Source of the DNA: Eledone cirrhosa
Taxonomy: Eukaryota
DNA: 64,000 nucleotides
Assembly: GCA_964016885.1 (NCBI GenBank)
Contig: OZ024742.1
Location: forward strand, 160,208,001-160,272,000
Direction of reading: 5' to 3'
Shown here: positions 55,224 through 64,000 of the stretch, piece by piece
Layout: each line of letters starts with the position of its first letter
Position numbering within the stretch: the first letter of the stretch is position 1
The notes under the pieces: model-generated
Database searches by the model: none
What the model saw: only the letters and a program-made list of their open reading frames with translations
What the model was told of the DNA's origin: nothing
Position numbers and translations under genes: made by a program

Positions 55224-55573
55224 GTGTGTGTGTGTATGTGTCTGTCTGTCTGTCTGTGTATGTCTGTCTGTGTGTACGTGAGTATTTTATAGACACACGC
55301 ACACTCATATATTTGTGAAAAATGTATAAGTTGTCTTAGTTACATCAGATAAAGGGCTAGATTTACCTACGAATTTCTCGGTGTATTTTCTCAATCAACT
55401 CAATGAATATTCTGTTTGCCGAACAGACCAGATTCATTGAAGAGAACAGTCGCAAGAATTCAGCAGATACGTGACGAGGCGGCAAGTGCTGTTGTAACCG
55501 ATACATCCCATGCATTTACAGATAATGCTGGAATGCACTTATTTTCATGTTTTCACAACTTTATCCTCTATAC

Positions 55574-55655
<82 letters not shown>

Positions 55656-55656
55656 T

Positions 55657-55790
55657 ACAAAGAGGGTGTGGTAAGATACCAGGTGGACCATAACGCACCT
55701 GAGTACTCAATACTTAGGGTAGTATAGTGGGTAATAGGAAAAGAGTCAGGACTCCGACGGCTGAGCTCCGGCCGTTTCGACAGCTAGATT
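55657..55790. mobile_element. Family B element, single arm, next to the mariner
   Basis: Homologous to 54158-54290. Confidence 0.75.
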
Positions 55791-55796
55791 CATATA

Positions 55797-56689
55797 CGAG
55801 GTGTGTCAGAAAAGTTCAAGGACTGATGTCTCAAAAATTTATTTCAAACCCAAACTTCACACTAAGAGTTTTCTCCTTCAAAGTAATCCCCCTGGAGTCT
55901 AATGCACTTTGCCATCCTTTTCTTCCACGCTTACATGCACTCCTGGTAGGATTCTTCCGGGATCCTCCGCAGTTCCGTCGTCACGGCCTTTTTGATGTCG
56001 TCCATATCTTCAAAACGGGTCCCCTCCGGATCGTACTCGAAGATCCATGACTCATCACCGGTGATGACTGTCCTAGCAAGTCTGGTTCGGTTTCAAGACG
56101 CTCGAGGATGTCCTGGCACACTTGCATGCGTCGACCCTTCTGGTCATCGTTCAGCAGTTTTGGCACCATTTTTGCGCAGACTTTCTGCATGTCCAAATCT
56201 TCAGTGAGAATCTTCCAGACGCTGTCCCGATTCATGCCCAGCTCATTTGCCATCAGTCGAACAGTCAGCCGACGATCGCTACGCATCATCTGCCTGACGC
56301 GCTCAACATTAACCTCAGTCCTGGTTATTGAGGGCCTTCCGCTCTTGGGGTCATCTTCCACGTCCTCGCGTCCTTTTTAAACCTCTTGCACCACTCAAAA
56401 ACACGTGAGCATGACATCGTCTCATCTCCATACACTTGCTGCAGCAATCCCAGTGCTTCTGACGGAGTTTTCAAGTTTGTTCGTTGCTCTGTGCTCATTG
56501 CTTGACGACCTGAAACAGAGGATATGTATATAAAATTATGAAGAAAAAAGTTTGAACGCTGTAGAGAGCTAAGATTACAGTTACATATTCCAGGGGGATT
56601 ACTTTGAAGGAGAAAACTCTCAGTGTGAAGTTTGGGTTTGAAATAAATCTTTTGTGACATCAGTCCTGGAACTTTTCTGACACACCTCG
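55797..56689 (-). mobile_element. Mariner-family DNA transposon, internally deleted
   Basis: CGAGGTGTGTCAGAAAAGTTC.AGGACTGATGTC termini, TA on both sides; EDDPKSGRP..DRRLTVR..KVCAKMVPKLL HTH region, frameshifted TGDESW, then a jump to the C-terminal ...GDYFEG. Confidence 0.93.
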
Positions 56690-56711
56690 TATATATATAC
56701 GTGCACCCCCG

Positions 56712-56778
<67 letters not shown>

Positions 56779-57789
56779 TTAAATATATATAATGAAAATT
56801 CCACCGCACTACCAGGATGCGCATGTCTGTTATGGAGTTGTGCCACATTACCTTTTGTAAGTTCATTGCAGTTTCATATGTACCCACCTTTTCACATTTT
56901 ACTAGATGCAAGCGGTTTGTAATAATCTTACCGTTAGTGGGACTTCAGTGAGACTGAGGAATTAAAGATGGGAAGCAAAAACAGAATAGATATACTCATT
57001 TTTCAATACATTTTCTGTAATTTATGTAATTGAAAGAAACCTTAGTAGAATGTTCTATTCTCTTTTCTCTCTTCCTCATAAAATATTTACAAAACGATAT
57101 ATTTCTTTTTCTGTATCCATTCTTCATAATTTAAATTTTTAATTCAATTTTAGATTTTTGTTTTGCTCTCCAGATTCACGGACAGCCTTGTTTCATGATG
57201 TTTGATGTCTTCATTGGTTGATGTGTTTCAGAGAATAAACGCCCCAAGTTCAAAGACAAAAGAGTCAACATGTTGGTAGAAATCCCATCAATCAGTCTCC
57301 CACAGTCACCATCTACACTGCCACCAGTACCAACATCACTACCTACCACCATCATCATCACCTCAGCAACAAAACCAACTACAAAATTATAACAAATAGA
57401 TCACAACCCGAAAAATAACCACAAAAGCATCAAAAGAAACGACAAAAACAATAAAAATAACAGCGACAGTCAAATACATAAGAATATTTCTTCATCACCT
57501 TCACTTTCGTAAATAGAAACAAGTTGATGTATGGGGAAAAGCGCACAAAAATAGAATCAAATGAGGAGAGTGAAACGCACGTCAGTACACACTCAAGACA
57601 TCAACTGGGATTTAAACAAATAGTTCTGTTGAACACAGAGTTTATGATTTGAGTCAAGATGTTAGCAAAGAGGTTGCTGCTTATAATCGGTCATATGCTT
57701 CACGACAACAACGTCTAGTGCAATACATCATAGAGAAATTGGGTCATAAACCTAGTTTCTCTGATACTGTGATCAATTTAGATCAATCA

Positions 57790-57960
57790 ACAGCTTACAA
57801 TAAAGGTTTTATTCACCTACCCAACACCATTCGACGAATGATAGATAATGTTAATAGACAAATCTCGAGTCTGTTCTCAAACAAGGATATTTTCGACAGA
57901 GTTGTTCCGTACTATAAGAATGCGCTGAATAGAAGCGGTTTCAACTACAAAGTAATGACA
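57790..57960 (+). pseudogene. Penelope-like element fragment (region downstream of RT)
   Basis: HLPNTIRRMIDNVNRQISSLFSNKDIFDRVVPYYKNALNRSGF resembles the PLE pattern HPP.I...I..RIS.LSS...IF....P.Y..AL..SGY. Confidence 0.55.
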
Positions 57961-58434
57961 AAGGATATGAACAAGGGAAAAGTTATCAATAATTTCCGAC
58001 ATGCAACTCTACTGATATGGGTCAATGTAATAGCAAAGACATTAGTACTTTAGAAAGTCTAGATCTGTGCGATCACAGGCTACGTTTCTCAAAACAGGCG
58101 CTTTAGAAATTGATATGTTTCATTGGATTAGGCAAAAGCATCTTTGTGCATAAACTAATTGAACATCTATCCAAAGTATTGTTTTCTTTTTATTTTCGGG
58201 AATTTTCTTTGATTTATTTTTTTTATTACCCATTTTGTTTTTATTTCCATTTGTTTACACCTTTACATGTAAACCCAGACTGTATCGTCATGTACCCGTC
58301 TTGAACTTTATGTGAATATTGTGGTTAACAAATTGATAATCATCATTATTATATTTACTAGCAGAAATCCGCGGTTTTCTACTAGCATATGTAGTGTGCA
58401 TATTGGTATTATACGCAAATATATATGCATATCA

Positions 58435-58812
58435 CCTTGATCACCTTGACCGACCAGTCTGTCGGGCGCCATTCGGCACCGCTGGTCACAGCACGTGCTG
58501 GTTTAGCCATATGAAGACGCCATCCCACTGGCTGGGCGGGCAGGCCGTAAGTCTAAAGTCTGTCTTAAACCAGAAGGCTCATTTGGCCGGTGCTTATCCC
58601 GGTTTCATGGCGTGAAGCGACTGAGAGTACAAGACTCCCCCCTGGACAGGACGTCAGTCCATGACAGGGTTAAACCTCCAGCTATTGCTGGTACTCATTT
58701 TCAACTGAGTAAACTGGAACAACGTGAAATAAAGTGTCTTGCTCAAGGAAATTGAACTCACAACCTTTCGATTGCAAGCCTACTGCTCTAACCACTAAGC
58801 TATGCGCCTTCA
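58435..58812 (-). mobile_element. tRNA-derived CORE-type SINE (family C)
   Basis: Minus strand: GGCGCATAGCTTAGTGGTTAGAGC (A box), GAGTTCAATT (B box), TCCTTGAGCAAGACACTT..CTCAGTTGAAAATGAGTACC (CORE-like), GGACTGACGTCCTGTCCAGGGGGG. Confidence 0.75.
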
Positions 58813-58859
58813 TGTATACAGATATATGTAAATTGAAAAGTAAATTGACAATATCTTCT

Positions 58860-59335
58860 TCACCGACTTATTTCTGAGAGGGTCGTGAGAGCAGAGTCCG
58901 TCTCAAACACTCCTTCCAGCGAGTCTGTCAATAGCAAGCATCTCTAACTGATCCAGTTGGATCCCAAAGCGTGACCAGCCAAGCTCATGGATGTTATCCA
59001 ACTATCTTGCTCAGAGTCTACCTCTGGGTCTCTTGCCGGTTGGTTTTGCCTGTAAAATATGTCCAGCGATTCTTTACTGAGACATTCTAACCACATGCTC
59101 ATAATATCGGAGTTGTGATCTCTCAATTCGGAGAAGTAGCGGCTCTACCAGGAGTGACTCTCTGGTCTCTGAGTTATGCACTTTATCGAGTAACGTTACT
59201 CCAAAGACCCTTCGGAGGAATCCCATTTCTGACACTTTTATTTTCAATTTATTCTTTTGATCATTACTCAAGATTCATGATCCTCGGTAAGAGTTGACAG
59301 GAATACCAGGAAGACAGCGAGTTTGGCTTTTACAC
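58860..59335 (-). pseudogene. RTE-clade LINE 3' fragment
   Basis: KIKVSEMGFLRRVFGVTLLDKVHNSETRESLLVEPLLLRIERSQLRYYEHVVRM is the typical RTE/Expander C-terminal pattern. Confidence 0.85.
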
Positions 59336-59937
59336 CTACCATATTAAATGAGTTTGAAAAAAAAGAGTTAATAAATAAATAAAGAGTTAATAAATAAATA
59401 AAACGTTATACTTGTTTTAGCCTCCCATTTCCAATTCCACTTAACGCTGCTATCATGATTATGTGAGTGTGTGTGTAAATGTATGTGTTAATGTATGTAT
59501 GTTTATGTGAAAGCATGTGTGAATGTATGTGTATTTGTGTGAATTATGTCCGTGAGGGTGTATTTTTATAAGTTTGTGTTTGCGCGATTATAGTTATATA
59601 CTCATAAATATAGATGTATGTATTTGCACACTCATACGCGTCAGCGTGTAGAAAATCATAATCTCTCTATCTCTCTTATCACACACTCTCTCTTTCTATA
59701 TATATGGTAGTTGAAGTGGTGGTGGTGGCGACGATATAGCGGAAGTCAATTTTAAATTATTTATTTTTACGAAATTATTTGTTTACGAAATTTAGTAGAT
59801 AAATTATGTAATATTCATTCATTATCTATTCGAAGTAATCCAACTTATTTTACTAGCTAGATTAAAAGAAATAAACCGTACCCAGTCCCGCAAACCTTCC
59901 TTTATTATAGTTTAGATTATTATTACTGAGGACGGTA

Positions 59938-60160
59938 GGGCGGTGGATTGGCAGTATCGGTAGAGCGTCGGACGCCATGTTCGGCGGTATAGAGTTACGG
60001 ACCTTTACGATCAGAGTTCAAATCTCGCCGAAGTGAGCTTTGCCTTTCATCCTTACGGGGTCGATAAAATAAAGTACAAGTAATGCACTGGAGTCGATTT
60101 AATCGACTTTCCCCTCCCCCAAATTGCTGGCCTTGTGCCTGAAGTAGAAACAATTATTAT
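59938..60160 (+). mobile_element. SINE family A, full length
   Basis: A box, B box, central domain and (ATT)n tail present. Confidence 0.9.
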
Positions 60161-60464
60161 TGTCTATTGGTTTGTGCAGACGTATTGAAATCGTTGTTTT
60201 GTTAAAATAATTTGTTACAAAGGAGATATAAGAGATCAGTCTTCGCTTTCAAGAAGGGAGACCCATAATATTTCAGGCTTTGGCCCAAACATTTGAACTT
60301 TACAATTTGAATTTACGCCCACATTTTTTTTATACTGGTGACATCCCACCTCCAGCCAGAGCAGGAAAACATTAATGTCACGTGACAGTGACTCGGATTG
60401 GTGTCACCATCTGCACCATCCCAGCACTGTCACTAACTCCATTAATAGACATCTTCAACAAGGT

Positions 60465-60850
60465 CACTGTCACCACCACCAACACCAACAACACCACCAA
60501 CAACAACAGTAGCAGCAGAACCCACAGCAACGACACCAAAATCAGCAGCAGCAACAACAACAGCAACGACAACAGCAACAAGAACAACAACTTAAAACGC
60601 TAATAATATAATTCCCGAATTTAACAACGACGGCACCACCACAAAACTAGAAACTAATAAAATGAACGAAACAAAAATCAACACTAGTTCAAACATTAAC
60701 ACCACCATTGCTGCCGCCACTACCATCACCACCTGCTCCACAACAACAACAAAAAGCACCGACGCATATATGAATATGAACAACAACAACAAGAACAACA
60801 ACAGCAGCAGCAGCAGCAGCAGCAGCACCACCACCACCAATAAAATAAAT
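60465..60850. repeat. (CAA)/(CAG)/(CAC) low-complexity tract
   Basis: Direct inspection. Confidence 0.8.
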
Positions 60851-61044
60851 ACAAACCTATCAACCGCGTATACCGACTCCCACTATAACATAGAAGGATC
60901 GCTTGAAATCAGCCGTTTCCTTCGCGAAGATGAATTAAGGGAGGCAAAGCAGATGCTGAAGTGGAAGGGTGACAGAGTCAGTCTCGCACTTCCACCTGAA
61001 AACGCCAGTGTGGACCTTGACCGGTCGTATAGGGTCAGCTAGAT

Positions 61045-61261
61045 TAGGCATGTCAAACTGAGGATCCCCAGAGGGCCACATGGGTCACAAACGTTTTGTC
61101 TGAGGGCCACACAGAACTAATTGCGCGCATTACAACTATTTTTATTTTATTTTATATTACGAAGGTAAAACATGCTCGCGCTGTAAAAACCTTTGTGCGG
61201 GCCGCAGGTGTACTTGTAAAGGGCCTCATGCGGCCCGCGGGCCACATGTTCGACATGCCTG
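61045..61261. mobile_element. hAT (Charlie-like) MITE
   Basis: TAGGCATGTCAAAC ... GTTCGACATGCCTG termini, subterminal GCGGCCCGCGGGCC; degenerate 8-bp flanks AGCTAGAT / ATCCAAAT. Confidence 0.7.
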
Positions 61262-61289
61262 ATCCAAATCGTATATAGATAGGTTTTTC

Positions 61290-62518
61290 ATTAGATTAGC
61301 GGATAGGGATAGCATAGGGCATAGGGTGTTCACAATTCCAAACGGTCGCCTATTTAGACCACAAGTTCGTGATCTGCAAGGTAGACCTAAATAGAACACG
61401 TAGACAGGGACCCGGTTATTGGAAGCTGAACGCGTCGGAACGACGCGAACACCTGCAGGGACCAGATTAGCACTTTAGTTAAGCAAAGGTTGATAGGGAC
61501 GGGTGGTGGGGTGCTCTCAAAGGGGCGAGTAGAGTAGAATCGATAAAATTTAGTAAAGAAGTAGCAATAGGAAAAATAGAAAGGAGGGGAGTTAGTAGCT
61601 AAAGTAGATAAGGCGGTTAGGAGTGACATTGAACAAACACGCTAGCTGCGAGAATAGCACATTTCCTCAATGTAAAACACGAAGATTGCATTGCCTGAGC
61701 TAAGGTGCATACTCTAAGAAACGTGCGAAGGAAAGCTATTCGATGGGCCTGAGAGTTGGAGACGCAGCGTGGGAATAAAACTATAATTCGGTTTTTGACG
61801 TAGCGGGACAGGACGGAGCTAGACGGGCGCGAGCTGGTCGATTGCAAGCAGATGTGTGCGGCTTTTCGTCAACACTTTGCACGACTGTTCAGGCAGAACA
61901 GGGCGTCGGAGACAGTGGTGAACTTTAATTCCTACCTCGATGGCCTGCCGCGACTCTCGGTGAATGATGTGGAGTGTTGCGAAAAGCCGATAACAGCAAC
62001 CGAGATTCGGAAAGCCCTTCCCGACTGTACTAGGCACACTACGCCCGGTTTGGATGATCTTCCCTATGAGATTTACGTAGACATGCCAGATATGTTCCCC
62101 AATCTCCTCGAAGCCGTCGACTGCAACTGACAGTAGAACGGGAGAATTCCCAGTTCTGTGAGCCGGGACAACGTAAGGCTGATGATGAGGAAAGACGGGA
62201 ACAAGAGAGATGTTTCAGATAACTTAAGGCCTATAACTCTGCTAAATACAGAGTTTAAGATTTTGGCCAATTTACAAGCAGCGAGGTTGGTACTTGTCGT
62301 CAAGAACCTAGTGTGCATTTCCGACCAGGTTCATACACGATAACCTCAATCTCATGCGATATATGTCTTCGGTGGAGCTCAGAGCAATTTTGATCAAACA
62401 AAAGCTTTCAATAGGGTCAACCATCGATACCTGGACGTTATCCTCAAGCAGCTGTCTTAGGTACCGTCTTCAGAGAATGAATCACTGCACTACACAATAT
62501 CTGCTCGGTGGTCGAAGT
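61290..62518 (+). mobile_element. Older degraded Tx1/L1-clade ORF2 fragment
   Basis: GPGYWKLN, MCAAFRQHFARLF, TPGLDDLPYE, NLRPITLLNTEFKILA; homologous to ~43930-45130(-). Confidence 0.85.
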
Positions 62519-62539
62519 AAATTGTTACTTAATTTATTG

Positions 62540-62755
62540 GTTTCTTATATAGGCACAAGGCCAGTGATTTTGGGGGAGGGGAAAGTCGATTAAATCGACC
62601 CAGTGCGTGACTGGTACTTTATTTTATCGACCCTGTGAGTATGAAAGGCAAAGTTAACCTCGGCGGGATTTGAACTCAGATCGTAAAGGTCCGTAACTCT
62701 ATGCTGCAAAGCATGGCGTCCGACCCGCTACCGATACTGCCAATCCACCGCCCTC
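62540..62755 (-). mobile_element. SINE family A with 21-bp target-site duplication
   Basis: AAATTGTTACTTAATTTATTG at 62519-62539 and 62756-62776. Confidence 0.92.
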
Positions 62756-62873
62756 AAATTGTTACTTAATTTATTGTTATATCTTTTTTATTCGATTTTA
62801 TTATAAAGTCTCTTATACAGACCTCCATATGTCGACCCTTGTGATAAAAAAAAATAATAATTATTATTATTAC

Positions 62874-63771
62874 GGGGTGGTGGATTGGCATAGTTAGAGC
62901 ATCGTACAAATGCTTAGCTTCTGTTGAGCTCTTTACGTTCTGGCTTCAAATTATGCCGAGATTAGCTTTACTTGTCATCCTTACGGGGTCGTTAAAATAA
63001 AGTACCAGTAATGCACTAGGTCGATTTAAGCGACATTCCCCTCCCCCCAAATTATGGGCCTTATGTCTAAATCAGAAATTATAATATCATTATTTGCACT
63101 GTCAGGGCGATGGATTGGCAGTATTAGTAGAGAGTCGGACAATATGTTTTGCGTTATATAGTTATATCCCTTTACGTTCTGAGTTCAAATCCCGCAGAAG
63201 TTAACTTTGTCATTCATCCTTACGGGGTCAATAAAATAAAGTACCAGTAATTCACTGGGATCGATTTAATCAACTTTTCCTTCGCTCCAATTGTCGATCT
63301 TGTGCCTAAATCAGAAACCGTTATTATTTACATGATCGATTGACAGTATCGGTAGAGCGCCGGACAAAATATTTTGCAGCATTTAAGTAAGACTTTTTAT
63401 GTTCTGAGTTCAAATCTGGTTTAGTTGAACTTTGCCTAGGTAGATAAAATAAAGTACCAGTTAAGTGCTGGGGTCAATCTAATCGATTTTCCTTCCACAC
63501 CGCCAAAATATTGCCGGCCTTGTGCTAAAATTAGAAATCATTATTATTTGGGTGTTGAGTTGGTCAAATCGACAGAGTCGAACCAAATGATTCGTGGCAT
63601 TTAGCTACTGCGCTTTACGCTTTGATTTCAAATCCCACCGAAGTCAACTTTGCCTTTCATCCTTCTGGGGTAGATTAAATAAAATACCTGTGGTGTACTG
63701 GGATTGGTATAATTGATTTTCCTGTCCCATCGTATTGCTGGCTTTGTGCTTAAAGTAGAAATCATCATTAT
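62874..63771 (+). mobile_element. Four head-to-tail diverged SINE family A copies
   Basis: Starts near 62874, 63105, 63335 and 63550; each has GTTCAAAT-like B box, ATAAAGTACCAG-like motif and TAGAAA..(ATT)n tail. Confidence 0.85.
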
Positions 63772-64000
63772 TAGAAACAGTTAAATACTAATGATAAATG
63801 GTGACAAACTCTTCTGGTTTCATCAAACATCGCGTTTGTCAGTCATCTAGATACTTCAATCCAGAGCAGCACAGTCCATTCAGGTCAACACTCAGCTGAT
63901 GTTAAATGCCAAGTTTATCAGCAAAGCAGTGATGGTGTTTGTGTAAACAAGTTGACAAATGTTCAAACTATCACCACTTGTCAAGGAAAACGAGTCAAAT

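Noticed and set aside
55416-57420. Host-gene exons (RPDSLKRTVARIQQ... at ~55426; acceptor-like TTTTGCTCTCCAG at ~57173)
   Set aside because: No recognisable protein, no clear donor site, and all three frames stop shortly after the second acceptor; needs RNA-seq.
60662-61042. 126-aa ORF with a non-repetitive C-terminus
   Set aside because: Mostly low-complexity repeat and no recognisable domain.

Overview
AT-rich, repeat-saturated animal genomic DNA, probably an octopus or other cephalopod (inferred from the SINE types and very long (TA)n tracts). No intact host gene is supported. About half the window (~8154-39312) is a near-homogeneous tandem array of 63 copies of a ~495-bp unit sitting inside a (TA)n tract. 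Each unit contains the three catalytic-core segments of a hammerhead ribozyme (NUH cleavage site, GAAA, CUGAUGA) in an order that is not a circular permutation of the canonical one. A diverged ~652-bp relative at 3703-4391 (minus strand) keeps the same predicted helices through about 9 compensatory base-pair changes. This suggests a retrozyme-like element with a rearranged, pseudoknotted hammerhead that was amplified into a satellite. The flanks contain several canonical minimal type I hammerheads within Penelope-type terminal repeats and inverted repeats, decayed Penelope-like elements (RT plus GIY-YIG), Tx1/L1-clade LINEs inserted in (GATA)n, an RTE fragment, an internally deleted mariner, a non-autonomous Helitron, a hAT-type MITE and many tRNA-derived SINEs. 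All structures were paired by eye and none has been computed or tested.
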